Of a stretch of DNA of 64,000 bases, positions 29,312-40,854 are shown one piece after another. The notes below the pieces were generated by a model. The model made no database searches. It saw only the letters and a list, made by a program, of their open reading frames with translations, and was not told the DNA's origin. Both the position numbers and the translations under genes were made by a program. Position 1 is the first letter of the stretch, and each line of letters starts with the position of its first letter. Origin of the DNA: an uncultured Chloroflexia bacterium (GTDB lineage: Bacteria; Chloroflexota; Chloroflexia; QHBQ01; JADMIH01); NCBI GenBank assembly GCA_963797095.1, contig CAWCNY010000002.1:64001-128000 (forward strand). Direction: 5' to 3'.

Positions 29312-30265
29312 CTAAGGCTGAATCACCTGCTCATTCCCCGCCTTATCCCACTTCTTCTCCACAATCAGATTGTCAGGCGTGCCCATAATCCCCCGGTCCG
29401 CGCCATTCACATACACGCGCACCGAGTCCGCACGCCCTACCCTCAATTGAATTGTATTCTTGCCCGTCCATTGGCGAGATGTGCCTATAGCAAGCGTGCC
29501 CGCGAATTGCTGCACGCCGTCTATGCGAACGCTGATCCACGACTCGTGCCCGCTTATCACCACCTTGAGCGTAATAGACGCTGCTGCCGGAATAGACACC
29601 GTAGCGGTAGAAGGATTCGTACCCGTGATAGTCCCCGCCACCCCTGTGCCTGGGATAGTCGCCACGGGCGAGCTGCTGGACGGCGTCGGCGGCACCAGCA
29701 CGGTGGGCGTGTTGAACGCTCCTCCATTGGGATTACTGGCTATGGCAGTCACACTTCCAACGGGAGCCGCCGTTATCGTAGGAGGGCGCGCCGATATAGG
29801 CGGGGTGGGTGGTGGTTGGCTTTGCGGCCCTGCGTAAGCACTGTATATGAAGTAGAACACTATCAGCAATGGGATCGCCAGCAGCGAGAGCGCGATGTAC
29901 TGGCTACCATACCTTACTCGCGTATCGATCCGCTCATTGCTCAGCGGTTGGATGCTGATCTTATCCTGGTCCGGCCGTATTGCTGTCTTACTGGGCGGCT
30001 CTCCCCGCGCGGCTTTGATCCGCTCGCGTGTCGGCTGGCTTTGCGCGTCGTAAAGAGCCAGCGCCTGGTCGGCGTCGATCTCCAGGTAGGATGCATAGTT
30101 GCGAACGAAACCCCGCGCGTACACCGGCCCGGGCAGCGCTGCCGTATTGTCGTCCTCCAGCGCGAGCAGGTACTTCTGACGTATTCTAGTGCCGATCTCT
30201 GCGTCGGCTAGCGACAGGCCCCTTGCCTCTCGTGCCGTGCGCAGCACCTCTCCTAATGATGCCAA
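29312..30265 (-). CDS. rodZ: RodZ-like protein (HTH, TM, DUF4115)
   Basis: LGEVLRTARE..YARGFVRNYA.YL HTH, a TM helix, and a C-terminal SWISVRIDG...GRADSV.VYVNG domain. Confidence 0.85.
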   Translation of the reverse strand: MASLGEVLRTAREARGLSLADAEIGTRIRQKYLLALEDDNTAALPGPVYARGFVRNYASYLEIDADQALALYDAQSQPTRERIKAARGEPPSKTAIRPDQDKISIQPLSNERIDTRVRYGSQYIALSLLAIPLLIVFYFIYSAYAGPQSQPPPTPPISARPPTITAAPVGSVTAIASNPNGGAFNTPTVLVPPTPSSSSPVATIPGTGVAGTITGTNPSTATVSIPAAASITLKVVISGHESWISVRIDGVQQFAGTLAIGTSRQWTGKNTIQLRVGRADSVRVYVNGADRGIMGTPDNLIVEKKWDKAGNEQVIQP

Positions 30266-30425
30266 ACATCTTCTCCCATGGTACGTGATGCATATTGAGT
30301 GGCGGGTGATATGTATCTGTAACTCGTTCTTATAGGTTCAAGCAATGAGTGCCCGTTCCGAGTGTTTCACCCCTTAACATAACGTGCTGGCATAGGTTCC
30401 GTCAAGTTTCCGCCAACGCAATCTG

Positions 30426-30552
30426 CCCAAAACCACCCGAAAGTACACCCCAAAACCTGTCCAGATTTGCCCCACCAATGCCTTATTGTTAACGAGGGCA
30501 AGACCAACCATGTAACCCCACAAACACCAGAATCCCGATCAACCACTGCCCA
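30426..30552 (+). repeat. Dispersed intergenic element A, copy 2
   Basis: Same core and AATCCCGATCA block as copy 1. Confidence 0.85.
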
Positions 30553-30587
30553 AAGGTCCACATCCGCTAATCAGCAGTCCGAACCGG

Positions 30588-30671
30588 CCACTCGTCACTC
30601 GCCACTCGCCACTCGTCACTCGCCACTCGCCACTCGTCACTCGCCACTCGCCACTCATCACTCGTCACTCG
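30588..30671. repeat. Heptamer tandem repeat (CACTCGY) x about 12
   Basis: Read directly, just beyond the stop of the DUF2723 gene. Confidence 0.93.
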
Positions 30672-30690
30672 CTTGTTCCGGGGTGATAGA

Positions 30691-32874
30691 TCAGCGTAAG
30701 CGCGGGCGCGCATCCTCAAGTGCCGCCAGTGGCTGCAACTCCTCCGCCTGAGCCAGTAGCCGCGTACCCACCTCTTGATCCGCTGGTGCGGAGCTATTCT
30801 GCATATAGCTGCTGATCAGTTGCAAAGATGGCGGGTAAAGAGCGATTATCGCAGACTCGATCTCGTCGAGCGGAACCTTCTCGCTGGTGATCCCTCGGAG
30901 GTCGAACTGCGGGTCCTGCGCCGCCATATCGCCTCCTCCCGTAGCTATGCGGTAGCCAAACCCGTCGGGTACAAGCCGGTCCTTGTGGTTCTCAAGCAGT
31001 ATCTGCGCCTCCTGCTGCCCTTGCAGATCGCCGGTGGCGACCACAAAGTCGGCATACACAGGCCGCTCCCCAAGATTGCTGTCTATAAACCCGTTGAGCG
31101 TATCCATGTAGGAGGCCTGCAAGCGCTGCGGGACTATCCCCGTATTGATCCACTGCTGGAGCAGCACCTTGTATTCCGCGAGCGGCCCTGCATTCTTGCT
31201 CACCACGTCAGGGTAGTTGCGCTCCAGGTAATCTATATAGAAAGGCTGGCGCAGCATCTCCTTATCTATTACCACCACGTCAGGACGTTCATTCAGCACG
31301 TGCTGCAAGTAGAAACTTGCCGATGTGATATCCCAGTAGTCGGTAAGCACCACCGCATTCGGGCGATAATTCTTGAATGCGTTGCGGATGAATAGCTCCG
31401 CGGTGTAGTTATCGCGATGCCCTGCTGCTCCCCAGTTGATAAGCAGGGCAACCACAGGCAAGATCGCCCCGCCAACCAATGCGCCCGCGACCTTACGCGT
31501 CAGCACTCCCCTATCCTGCACCCGGTCGCGTATCCAGAGCGCTCCCTGGGCTATACCCAGCCCAGCCAACCACAGGGCTATGATATAGAACGGCACATAG
31601 TAGGTCGCGATCTCTCTGATGCTGTAGTTGAGTGCGGCCAGCAAATCTACAAGGGCTATCGCTCCTGTGGCGGCCAGCAACCCTCGATCCTTCCGCCACA
31701 GGTAAAGCACCCCGGCTCCAATCGGCACCAGCAGAATAATACCCAGCCATATACCGAACTGATTTGCGATGAAAATGAAGGCATCGGTCACATGGTTGCC
31801 GAAATCGCCGCTTCCAAAGAGACCCTGGTAGTTCTGGGCCGTCACAAGCCTCCAGAAGTTGTTCCAGCTATCGGGCGATCCCCAATCGATCAATGGGTCC
31901 ATGCTCGAACAAATCGGCAGGTAAAGGAATAGCAACAGCGGCACAAGCCCGGCGCTGATCAGCCTCCCCAAGTGCCGGAAGATTCGGCGCACTATCTCAC
32001 CTGCATAGCGCAGAGGGGATAAGAGCAGCACGACCACACCGGGCAGCAACAAAAAAGTCAGGTAGTGATTGGTCAAAGAGAGGCCAATAGTAAACACCAG
32101 CAGATGCGGTACCCGCACAGAGGAAGGCCACTCCCTCGATGGGCGGCGCGAAGCACCCGCCGCACCGCCTGCGATATCGGCAACCAGCGCCCTCCGAGCG
32201 CGCAACGCCAGCCACAGGATAGCCATTACAAAAGCAAAGTGAAGCGTGTAGAACTTCCCCTGAGTCGCCCAATTCCAGAAAGTAAGCGATACAGCAAGCA
32301 ACCCCGAAGCAGCCAACCCGCCTGCCACAGCTGCCCACTCAATTGCTGATCCATCTTCTTCAATCGCCCTATCCGGCGCCAGCCCAGGCGCGGGTGGTGC
32401 GGCGCGCTTCTTGTTGCCTGTGCCGGAGGCTACTCGCGCAGATTTGCCGGATGTGCCTGCTCGTGCCGAGGCAGAAGTACGTGTTCGCGCGCCACGTGCT
32501 ACCACAACACGCCGGAAAGCCTCCATTCCCACCAGCGTATCAACCACAAGCACATAGAAAAGGCCCACCGCCACCGCCCCAAAAAGCGCCGACACCAAGT
32601 TCAGACGCCATGCCGGGTCGCCGAAAGGCAAATGAACGAACACTATTGCGATCAAAGTGTAGAGCGGATACCCCGGCGGGTGTGCTATCCCGGCGGTCCA
32701 GGCAACCGTGGTCAACTCCCCGCTGTCGGTGAAGTTGAGCGTAGGCGAGCAGGTGATCAAGTAGAGAACAAATGCCGCCACTGCTGGCAACAAGGCAATA
32801 GCGCTATTAGGCATTGGCCTGGCCGGGCTTGCCGTTGCCTTAGCTGTCTCTATACTTTTCGGCGATTGCTGCAC
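30691..32874 (-). CDS. DUF2723 (TMEM260-like) membrane glycosyltransferase
   Basis: DSGEL...AWTAGIAHPPGYPLY, GLSLTNH and YLPI...DWG.P motifs. Confidence 0.85.
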   Translation of the reverse strand: MQQSPKSIETAKATASPARPMPNSAIALLPAVAAFVLYLITCSPTLNFTDSGELTTVAWTAGIAHPPGYPLYTLIAIVFVHLPFGDPAWRLNLVSALFGAVAVGLFYVLVVDTLVGMEAFRRVVVARGARTRTSASARAGTSGKSARVASGTGNKKRAAPPAPGLAPDRAIEEDGSAIEWAAVAGGLAASGLLAVSLTFWNWATQGKFYTLHFAFVMAILWLALRARRALVADIAGGAAGASRRPSREWPSSVRVPHLLVFTIGLSLTNHYLTFLLLPGVVVLLLSPLRYAGEIVRRIFRHLGRLISAGLVPLLLFLYLPICSSMDPLIDWGSPDSWNNFWRLVTAQNYQGLFGSGDFGNHVTDAFIFIANQFGIWLGIILLVPIGAGVLYLWRKDRGLLAATGAIALVDLLAALNYSIREIATYYVPFYIIALWLAGLGIAQGALWIRDRVQDRGVLTRKVAGALVGGAILPVVALLINWGAAGHRDNYTAELFIRNAFKNYRPNAVVLTDYWDITSASFYLQHVLNERPDVVVIDKEMLRQPFYIDYLERNYPDVVSKNAGPLAEYKVLLQQWINTGIVPQRLQASYMDTLNGFIDSNLGERPVYADFVVATGDLQGQQEAQILLENHKDRLVPDGFGYRIATGGGDMAAQDPQFDLRGITSEKVPLDEIESAIIALYPPSLQLISSYMQNSSAPADQEVGTRLLAQAEELQPLAALEDARPRLR

Positions 32875-33047
32875 CTGCTCGGAACCTTCCTGGCTCTGTT
32901 AGCCCAAATCGGCATGCCCAAAGCCACTCTCGTCTATGGCAGAAGTGATAGCGTTTGGCGACCGCTCCACATTATACGTGATGCGCGAGGGTTCTAAACA
33001 TGAAGCATCCCGAATATAAGATTCAGATTTGCAGACGTACAATCTTG

Positions 33048-33098
33048 TTCTAAAATAGCCAAAATCGCGGTTTTGCCGCGATTTTGGCTATTTTAGAA
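33048..33098. terminator. 23-bp perfect stem-loop downstream of the sigma factor gene
   Basis: TTCTAAAATAGCCAAAATCGCGG-TTTTG-CCGCGATTTTGGCTATTTTAGAA. Confidence 0.65.
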
Positions 33099-33123
33099 TG
33101 CTCTCCCCACCATACGCTCAATA

Positions 33124-34392
33124 TTACAGGTAGTCCTTGAACCGCTCGGTAAGCTGTGGCGACCGCAACTTCCGTAGCGCTTGTGCTTCGATCTGGCGCA
33201 CGCGCTCGCGGGTCAATCCCATGTGCTCACCCACCTTCTCCAACGGATACTGGTGTCCATCGCCCAGCCCGAAACGCATCTGTAGCACCAGCTTCTCCCT
33301 CGGCGTCAACACCTGTTCAAGCGTCGTCTGCAACTCGTCCTTCAACAGCTCAAGCCCGGCTTCCTCGTCTGGTGTGGCCAACTCGTTATCGCTGATGAAA
33401 TCGCTCAACTGGTTCTCGTCACTATCCTCTCCCAACGGCGCGTCAAGCGACATCGGGGCTTCGGCGGCCCGCAGTATCTCCCGTATCCTGTCGCCAGTCA
33501 TCCCCAGCGCCTCCCCGATCTCCTCAGGCTTGGCCTGCCGTCCCATCTTCTGCGAAATCTCCTGGCTGACCTGTGTGATCTTGCCCATCGCCTCCCCAAT
33601 ATGTGCCGGAAGCCGTATCGGGCGCGACTGCTCGGCGATGGCACGCAATATTGCCTGCCTTATCCACCACGTGGCGTAAGTAGAAAACTTAAACCCGCGC
33701 GACGGATCGAACTTGTGAACGGCCCGCAACAAGCCCATATTTCCTTCCTGGATCAAGTCCAGCAACGTAAGCCCCCTCCCCACGTACTTCTTGGCGATGC
33801 TCACTACTAGCCGCAAATTGGCGAGCACAAACTTCTGCGTCGCCTCTACATCTCCATCTGCTATCTTGTGGGCAAGCTCAAGCTCCTGGTCGCTCTTGAG
33901 GAGCGGTGCCTGGCTTATCTCGCGCAGATACAGGCGCACAGGGTCGGTTACGAACCCCGGATCGACGTTCGCTAGCCTGTCTATATCTGTGAGCATATTA
34001 TCGTCGGTGCTGTTTTCAAGATCATGATCTTCCGCCATCAATCGTGCATCCCCGTCCCTTGCCCCGTTCTTCTTTGAAGCGCTGGCATTGACCGCCGCGC
34101 CAAGCCTGGCATCTTCGGGGTCTGGGCTTTCAAGCGCTTCCTGCTCCATCTCCTTCAATTCCTGGTAGAGTTGCTCTCCTTCAGGGCTTTCTTCGCGTGC
34201 GACCTCGGTGGCGCTAGGTTCGTCCATCGGCACATATGTGTACTTTTCGACCAAAGCGATCTCCTCCTGGCTCAGTCGCGATCCGTTGGTGTGCGCGCCG
34301 CCACCCTTCTGTCGGATTCGCGTGCTATTCACAGGATCGCTGTCTGCTGTATCGCTGCTAATTACCTCATCCTTATGTGACTGCCTCGGCAT
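33124..34392 (-). CDS. RNA polymerase sigma-70 factor, RpoD/SigA family (possibly a non-primary paralog)
   Basis: [36 protein letters not shown] and TRERVRQIE motifs. Acidic atypical N-terminus; no dnaG upstream. Confidence 0.9.
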   Translation of the reverse strand: MPRQSHKDEVISSDTADSDPVNSTRIRQKGGGAHTNGSRLSQEEIALVEKYTYVPMDEPSATEVAREESPEGEQLYQELKEMEQEALESPDPEDARLGAAVNASASKKNGARDGDARLMAEDHDLENSTDDNMLTDIDRLANVDPGFVTDPVRLYLREISQAPLLKSDQELELAHKIADGDVEATQKFVLANLRLVVSIAKKYVGRGLTLLDLIQEGNMGLLRAVHKFDPSRGFKFSTYATWWIRQAILRAIAEQSRPIRLPAHIGEAMGKITQVSQEISQKMGRQAKPEEIGEALGMTGDRIREILRAAEAPMSLDAPLGEDSDENQLSDFISDNELATPDEEAGLELLKDELQTTLEQVLTPREKLVLQMRFGLGDGHQYPLEKVGEHMGLTRERVRQIEAQALRKLRSPQLTERFKDYL

Positions 34393-34417
34393 CGCTGGCT
34401 CCTTTTATACCAGCCCC

Positions 34418-35485
34418 TCATATGGGAGCAATTATCATGCCTACACCCGGCTCGGCTATGACCTGGCCGTCCTGCACCACCGTTTGGCCCCTCAGCACCA
34501 CAGTGTGCACGCTACCGGTGACAGACATACCGTCGAACGGTGTCCAACCGCACTTCGTTTGAAGGCGGGTATCGTCAATGATCCACTTTTGCGTCGTATC
34601 TACTTCAATATACGTTTCAGGCTGCGGTTTTGTTCGAAAGATACGTGCCGGTGCATTGTACATCATCTCGACCAGCCGGTCTATCGTCAGCCGACCCTCG
34701 CTGACTGCGGTCAGCATCAGCGGCAAGGATGTCTCCAGGCCGGGCACGCCGAAAGGTGGCTTGGCGCTTCTCTTCTCCTCGATCGTGTGGGGGGCATGGT
34801 CTGTCGCGATCATATCTATCACGTCGATGTTGGCCCATAGCGCGTCGCGGTCGCGGACGCGTTTGAGCGGTGGGCGCATGATCCCCATCCCCTCAAGCCG
34901 TGGTACATCTTCTTCCGTCAAATACAGGTGGTGAGGCGCTACCTCGCAGGTGACTGGTAGTCCCCTCTCTTTAGCGTCACGAATAAGCTCGATCTCGATG
35001 GCCTCGCTCACGTGGCAGAAATGGACCCCTCGCCCTGTGGCCGGAACCAGCCCAAGCACCGCCGCCAGCGTGCGATCTTCCGCGTGCACGCACAATGGCC
35101 TGTTGTGCGGCCATGCAACCATAATGTCGCGGATCGTCTCTAGGTCCTCGATCTTCAAATCGCCCGTTGTATGGTCGAGATACAGCTTCAGGCCCACAAC
35201 CTGCGGGGCGACTTGCTCGAAAGTAGTGATGTTATCGGGTGATGCCCCGTAAAACAGGCCAACATCGCACACGATCTTGCCTTCCGCTGCCTCCCGCTTG
35301 CGTTGCAACGCCTCCGGTGACACAACGGGCGCGCCCGGATTATTAGGCATATCGAGGACCAGAGTGATCCCCCCTGCAACGGCCGCACGAGTGCCCGTAA
35401 GGAAATCTTCCTTATCGGTAGCGCCAGGGTCGCGCAAGTGTACGTGGGGGTCGATAAGTCCAGGCAGGCGAATAATCTGCGGCAT
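34418..35485 (-). CDS. pyrC: Dihydroorotase (CAD-like short type)
   Basis: LPGLIDPHVHLRDPG, DMPNN, HAE, TCEVAPHHL, ATDHAPH and KCGWTPF motifs. Confidence 0.88.
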   Translation of the reverse strand: MPQIIRLPGLIDPHVHLRDPGATDKEDFLTGTRAAVAGGITLVLDMPNNPGAPVVSPEALQRKREAAEGKIVCDVGLFYGASPDNITTFEQVAPQVVGLKLYLDHTTGDLKIEDLETIRDIMVAWPHNRPLCVHAEDRTLAAVLGLVPATGRGVHFCHVSEAIEIELIRDAKERGLPVTCEVAPHHLYLTEEDVPRLEGMGIMRPPLKRVRDRDALWANIDVIDMIATDHAPHTIEEKRSAKPPFGVPGLETSLPLMLTAVSEGRLTIDRLVEMMYNAPARIFRTKPQPETYIEVDTTQKWIIDDTRLQTKCGWTPFDGMSVTGSVHTVVLRGQTVVQDGQVIAEPGVGMIIAPI

Positions 35486-35582
35486 ACTAGCATTGTACCG
35501 CCTGTAACACAAAACGCAAAATGGCTCTGTCCTCCATCTTTTCTCTACTTTGGCTACCTGCCATTAAGGTACAATAAATACC

Positions 35583-36266
35583 ATGAATGACGACCCAGAC
35601 CTGAACCTCATGCACATAGTCCGCCCCGCATCCGAGCGCCCCACCGATGGCGCGCCTGTACCAGGACTCCTCCTTCTGCATGGCCGTGGAGCCGACGAAG
35701 GCGACCTGCTGGGGTTAGAAGGTGCACTCGATCCGCGCTTCACCATTGTCAGCCCGCGTGCTCCCTACCGCCTCGGCCCAGGCTGGGCCTGGTATGGTAT
35801 GCCGGAGATCGGCAGGCCGGACCCCGAATCGTTTCTCGCCAGCCTTTCTGACCTGCGCGACTTCGTAGCTGATCTGCCTGCCGCTTATGGGATAGATCCC
35901 AACAGGCTCTATATATTAGGGTTCAGCCAGGGCGCGATCATAGGCTCCGTGCTGACCATGATCACGCCAACTACAGTGCGTGGCATAGTCATGCATAGCG
36001 GGTACGTGCCCCAGGCTCTTGGCAACATCGAGCTTGATATCAAACCCGATGGCCTGGCGGGCAAGCCTTTCTTTGTCGCCCACGGCAAGTATGACGACAC
36101 GCTGCCCGTAGCTTTCGCCCGCGACTCCTATGAATACTTACAAGAGGTCGGTGCCGACGTAATCTATCAGGAGTACCCCATAGGCCATTCGATCAGCGAA
36201 GAAAGCCTCTACGACCTCAGCGAGTGGCTCACCCTTCAACTCGACAGCAAAAGGCCGCTGGCTTAA
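35583..36266 (+). CDS. Phospholipase/carboxylesterase (alpha/beta hydrolase)
   Basis: LLHGRG, GFSQG, HGKYD and GHSI motifs. Confidence 0.88.
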   Translation: MNDDPDLNLMHIVRPASERPTDGAPVPGLLLLHGRGADEGDLLGLEGALDPRFTIVSPRAPYRLGPGWAWYGMPEIGRPDPESFLASLSDLRDFVADLPAAYGIDPNRLYILGFSQGAIIGSVLTMITPTTVRGIVMHSGYVPQALGNIELDIKPDGLAGKPFFVAHGKYDDTLPVAFARDSYEYLQEVGADVIYQEYPIGHSISEESLYDLSEWLTLQLDSKRPLA

Positions 36267-36350
36267 ATGCAAAATCGGCGGTTATACCGCCAATTCTTTC
36301 TTGTCTAACGCCCTCCCCGGATAAGTCGTTAGATTGGGCCGCTTTACGCT

Positions 36351-36731
36351 TTAGTAGCGGTTGCGGTTTCTGTTCGCGCCTGCGCCGACCGTGTTATAGC
36401 AGTCGGAGCAATAGACGGGCTTGTCGCCGCGTGGTACGAACGGAACCTGTGTCTCTTGGCCGCAGTTCGCGCATGTGACCGTGGTCATCGTGCGCTCGCG
36501 GTTGTAGCCACCACCACCGCCGCCATAGCCACCGCTGCTGTAGCCGCCGCCCCCGCCGTAGCCGCCATAGTTGTCGCCATAGCCACTATTGCGGTTTGCC
36601 TTCTTGGCCGCTCGGCAAGACGGGCAGCGAGTAGGCTCGCTGAAACCCTTCTGCGCATAGAAAGCCTGCTCACCTTCAGTGAAGGTGAAAGTCGCACCGC
36701 ACTCGCGGCACGTAAGTATCTTATCTGCCAT
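36351..36731 (-). CDS. Double zinc-ribbon protein with Gly/Tyr-rich linker (CxxC-x17-CxxC)
   Basis: DKILTCRECG.F.FTEGEQ.FY..KGF.EP.RC..CR and CANCG...VPF.P.GDKPVYCSDC. Confidence 0.9.
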   Translation of the reverse strand: MADKILTCRECGATFTFTEGEQAFYAQKGFSEPTRCPSCRAAKKANRNSGYGDNYGGYGGGGGYSSGGYGGGGGGYNRERTMTTVTCANCGQETQVPFVPRGDKPVYCSDCYNTVGAGANRNRNRY

Positions 36732-36971
36732 ATTTGCTCTTTCTTCCCCTTTGTGCGTGTAGGAAACCTAAATTTACTCCGGTGTCTGGCACAGAAGTGT
36801 AGAGTAGAGGGTGTTCACGCATATACCGGGGAGGAAAGCGCGAGAAATCCTGCTTACCTATGACCTTTGCCAGTTCCAACCACTACCAATTGTAACACAC
36901 TTATTCTTGAATAGCAATAGCTTGCTTACATGCGAGTCATGCTGAGAATATGAGCACAAACAAGGCGCTGA

Positions 36972-37352
36972 TTATCCTACTTTTAGCACAGAAAGTATGT
37001 TACCCGCCGGGTCCTTGAACCAGGCTATGTCCGGGCCTCGACCTGAGGATAGCCCTCGAAGAATACCCTTCTCATCAGTAATATTCTCGTAGTGCTCGAA
37101 CTCGACCCCCTTGCCGGTCAATTCATCTACCGCTTCATCGATGTCGTCAACGGGGAAATTTAGAATCGTGTAAGTCGCAGGAACATGGTCGTCCTTAGGG
37201 TAAACAAAGATGCCGTTTCCGCCCTCGATCTTAAGCATCAGATTTGCGGCCTCCTCTTCCACATCAAGCCCCAAAGTCTGCCCGTAAAACTCCCTTGCCG
37301 AGCCCAGGTCGTTTACCGAAAAACCGCTGAATGCTTTGGTATCCTTGAACAC
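36972..37352 (-). CDS. VOC/glyoxalase family protein
   Basis: GTG start after AGGAGG; [26 protein letters not shown] and AWFKDPAGN motifs. Confidence 0.88.
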   Translation of the reverse strand: MFKDTKAFSGFSVNDLGSAREFYGQTLGLDVEEEAANLMLKIEGGNGIFVYPKDDHVPATYTILNFPVDDIDEAVDELTGKGVEFEHYENITDEKGILRGLSSGRGPDIAWFKDPAGNILSVLKVG

Positions 37353-37411
37353 TTTTCCCCTCCTGTCTTTCCTTAGCTTTGCTATGAATACTCGATACTC
37401 AGGCGCGCCCG

Positions 37412-39943
37412 TTATTGCAGCCCTTGGACCAGCCCCGCATATTTGTCTACCAGCTTGCGCGCCTCCGACTCCGTATCCGCTTCCGCGATCACATGGAACA
37501 GAGGGCGGTCTGCGTCCGGCAGGATCAAAGCCCACTCGCCCTTACCCAGGTCTATCTTGACCCCATCTACCTGCCGGGTAGCGGTATCGTGGTATTGCTC
37601 ATTAAGTATGCGCATCACCCGCCCCTTATTCTCCCAGGGGCAGGGCACACGGGCGCTCCAGGTGGCATAGTGAGGCAGGTTATCTACTGCCTGCGTAAAT
37701 GTTATCCCTTGGGACGAAGTAAGTTCCAGCACCTTCGCGACGGCGAACAGGCCATCGGCTGCCGGGTGGAATTGCGGGAAGATAAACCCCACCAACCCAC
37801 CGCGAGCGTCGCCCGCCACCACCACACCCGCGCGCAACGCCGCCGACATCAGCGCGTACGAATTGAACCGGGCGCGTACGATCTCGGCTCCATACTTGGC
37901 GGCGATCTTCTCGAAGATCGAAGGGGCATACACCGGCACAACCGCCAGGCCCCCCGTACCCGTCTTCTCTTTGTGCTGCGCGAGCGCCATGTCCACCACC
38001 GCGGCCATTGAAGTCATCTCAGGGATGCGCTTACCGCGTGCATCCACAAACACCACGCGCTCTCCTCCTGGGTCTATACGCACGCCGAACCCCGCATCCA
38101 GCGTGCACGTGATCGCCCCCAACCTCGATATAGCCTCGTCGAATTGCTCGTCGGTCTGGTACAACGATGCTTCGTGTACTACGGCATTGAGGGCCACCAC
38201 GTCGGCATTGAGCCTGCCGAGCAAATCAGGCAGCACCAGGCTAGGTGATGAATTGGCATAGTCCACCGCGATGCGATTGTACTTGTCAGGCGCGTTCTTG
38301 ATCGCATCCACGTCCAGTTGCCGCAAATACGCTACTCCGTAGCGATGCTCCACATCATTGGCGTAGTCGATCCGCCCCACATCCTCCAGGTACACGCGTC
38401 GGAAGTCTTCGCGGAAGAAATAACCCTCTATCTTGCGCTCTGCCGCCTTGTCCAGATCCAGGCCGCGCTTGTCGAAGAACTTGATATCCACCACGCGAGC
38501 GTCAAATGGCGACAGGCGTACGTGCACCCCACCCGCCGCATTGATGGCTCGTGTGTAAAAGCGTGCCACCGGGATCGGCACGTTGCGTAAGTCGAGCACA
38601 TTGATCCCTGCTGACGGTAACCCTGATATGATAGCGCGCTTGATCATACGCGGTGTGTAATGGCTGTCGCGGTTGACCGTAACCGTGCTCCCCTTCGGAA
38701 AGATTCCCCCGTAGGCCGCGCCCAGCTTGGCTGCGAACTCAGGCGTAAGGTCGACGTTCACCAGTCCCGTGACCCCGAAGCGCCCAAACAGGTTGCGGCG
38801 GCCCTGCGCACCCCAGATCAGCGACGATGCAATAGTGGCCCCGCTCTCTATCTCTTTGGCGGGCCATATCTTTACGTTGGGGCGCACCACCGCGTTCTCG
38901 CCTATGATCGTCGTATCGCCTATCACCGCCCCCTCGAACACCATTGCATGTGGCTTCACGTTTACCTGCGTCTGGAGGATGGCCCCACGCACCTCTGCCC
39001 TCTCTCCGACATAACAGTTGCGCCAGATAATAGCCCGGTCTATCGTAGCGCGTGACTCAATGATCGTAGAGTCGCGTATGACCGCTGGCCCGCGAATCAC
39101 CGCTCCATCTTTTACCCTCACGCCCGCGCCCAGGTACACAGGGCCTATGACCTGCGCGTCTCGGTCGATCTCTACCTCTTCTTCTACCCAGATACCGGAC
39201 CCCGGCTCAAGCTCCCTCCCTTCGCGTGGCAGATTCAATTGTCCGCTCAAATAATCGGCTGTCGCGATCATATAATCAGGAATAGATCCAATATCGCACC
39301 AGTAGCCCTCGGCCACATAGCCGAACATCGGGCGTCCTTTTTCAAGAAGGAGTGGGAACAATTGATTGCTGAAATCAAACACCTGCCCCTCATCATAGTA
39401 ATCGAACACCTCAGGCTCAAGAACATAAATGCCGGTGTTGACCGTGTCCGAAAAAACCTCGCCCCAACTGGGCTTCTCCTGGAACTGGCGTACCTTACCA
39501 TCATCATCAATAATCACCACCCCGTATTCGAGTGGATTGGGCATACGCTTGAGCACCAGCGTAGCCACTGCCTTCCGCTCTTTGTGATACTCGATAGCTG
39601 CTGACAGGTCGAAATCGGTCAGCGCATCGCCTGAGATCACAATGAAGGTCTCATCCAGCCACTCGCCTGCCTGGCGCACAGAACCGGCAGTGCCCAGGGG
39701 CGACTCCTCCACCGTATAGCTGATCTTCATCCCGAAGGTAGAGCCATCCCCCAGGTTCTCCTGAATTACGGCAGCGAGATATTGCAGCGTAATCACCACC
39801 TCGGTGATCCCGTGCCGCTTCAACAACTCTAAAATGTGGGTGATAACAGGACGATCTACCACGGGGACCATCGGCTTGGGACGCCGGATCGTCAACGGGC
39901 GCAGACGCGAGCCTTCGCCTCCTGCCATGATTACTGCTTTCAC
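37412..39943 (-). CDS. Mannose-1-phosphate guanylyltransferase / phosphomannomutase-like fusion
   Basis: [27 protein letters not shown], hexapeptide repeats and a C-terminal PGM/PMM-like domain. Confidence 0.9.
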   Translation of the reverse strand: MKAVIMAGGEGSRLRPLTIRRPKPMVPVVDRPVITHILELLKRHGITEVVITLQYLAAVIQENLGDGSTFGMKISYTVEESPLGTAGSVRQAGEWLDETFIVISGDALTDFDLSAAIEYHKERKAVATLVLKRMPNPLEYGVVIIDDDGKVRQFQEKPSWGEVFSDTVNTGIYVLEPEVFDYYDEGQVFDFSNQLFPLLLEKGRPMFGYVAEGYWCDIGSIPDYMIATADYLSGQLNLPREGRELEPGSGIWVEEEVEIDRDAQVIGPVYLGAGVRVKDGAVIRGPAVIRDSTIIESRATIDRAIIWRNCYVGERAEVRGAILQTQVNVKPHAMVFEGAVIGDTTIIGENAVVRPNVKIWPAKEIESGATIASSLIWGAQGRRNLFGRFGVTGLVNVDLTPEFAAKLGAAYGGIFPKGSTVTVNRDSHYTPRMIKRAIISGLPSAGINVLDLRNVPIPVARFYTRAINAAGGVHVRLSPFDARVVDIKFFDKRGLDLDKAAERKIEGYFFREDFRRVYLEDVGRIDYANDVEHRYGVAYLRQLDVDAIKNAPDKYNRIAVDYANSSPSLVLPDLLGRLNADVVALNAVVHEASLYQTDEQFDEAISRLGAITCTLDAGFGVRIDPGGERVVFVDARGKRIPEMTSMAAVVDMALAQHKEKTGTGGLAVVPVYAPSIFEKIAAKYGAEIVRARFNSYALMSAALRAGVVVAGDARGGLVGFIFPQFHPAADGLFAVAKVLELTSSQGITFTQAVDNLPHYATWSARVPCPWENKGRVMRILNEQYHDTATRQVDGVKIDLGKGEWALILPDADRPLFHVIAEADTESEARKLVDKYAGLVQGLQ

Positions 39944-40194
39944 GGGTTTGCCTCCAATACTAGGACGAGGGGCGAAAAGCGATGGATGAAATTAAATTCA
40001 GGGCTACTCGGCCATGATCTTGGCTCATTCTCCCAGGCCCGTCGTCTTTCACCCTCACCGCTGCCTGCGTGCTTGAGGCGGGTGCAGGCGCGCCTTTGCG
40101 CCCGATCTAGTGGATTATACACGATGCACTCAGGAACAAAAAGAGGTATCATAGCGTCTACACTGTGCAGTCTAATTGCTCTCAGGAGGAAAGC

Positions 40195-40683
40195 ATGCTG
40201 ATAAGATTCGCCAGATTAGTAATCGCCGTAGGGTTGCTTGTTGCCCTTGCTGCCTGCGATAGTACCTCGCCCACGGCCACGCCCGTGACGCCCGCCACAC
40301 CCACTACCTCCCTCACTCCCACTACCTTCATCCTCGATACTACCGGCACTATCGCCGGTATCCACCAGACCCTGACCATAGGCGAGTCGCGCACCGCCAC
40401 CTTCAAGGACGGCTCCAACCCGGAGACTAAGATCACCGTCCCCGATCAGCAATATGCCGACCTGGTGACCCAGGTATCCAAAGCCGACTTCTTCAACCTC
40501 CAGGACAGCTACGATTCAGGCACAGTGTCCGACGACATATATTACTCGCTCACAGTAAAGCAAGGCTCACAGTCCAAGACAGTCAAAGTCGCAGGAGTAG
40601 GTGGCAAGGACATCACCCCTCAAGCCCTGAGCGACCTGATTACCATGCTTCTGAACATCCAGAACGGCGGAGCAACATCTTAG
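40195..40683 (+). CDS. Lipoprotein of unknown function
   Basis: Lipobox LAAC, Thr/Pro linker and a small beta-rich domain; AGGAGG RBS. Confidence 0.8.
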   Translation: MLIRFARLVIAVGLLVALAACDSTSPTATPVTPATPTTSLTPTTFILDTTGTIAGIHQTLTIGESRTATFKDGSNPETKITVPDQQYADLVTQVSKADFFNLQDSYDSGTVSDDIYYSLTVKQGSQSKTVKVAGVGGKDITPQALSDLITMLLNIQNGGATS

Positions 40684-40854
40684 TTAAGAACGAAAGACGC
40701 AATATGCCGAACGAATCAAGCAACCTGGAGCTATTCGTGATAGAATAGAAACGCTTTGGCCTACCCTGCCAGGTGACGCCACTCGTCACCCGCCATTCAT
40801 CGCCCTCCGGTAACCATCCGGCGTCCTTCCTCTTTCGTCCCATAAGGAGCAACC

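Noticed and set aside
28706-30211. 501-aa plus-strand ORF with RLPTTDY repeats
   Set aside because: Antisense to yajQ and rodZ; the peptide repeat is just the stop-free strand of (CCGACTA)x21.
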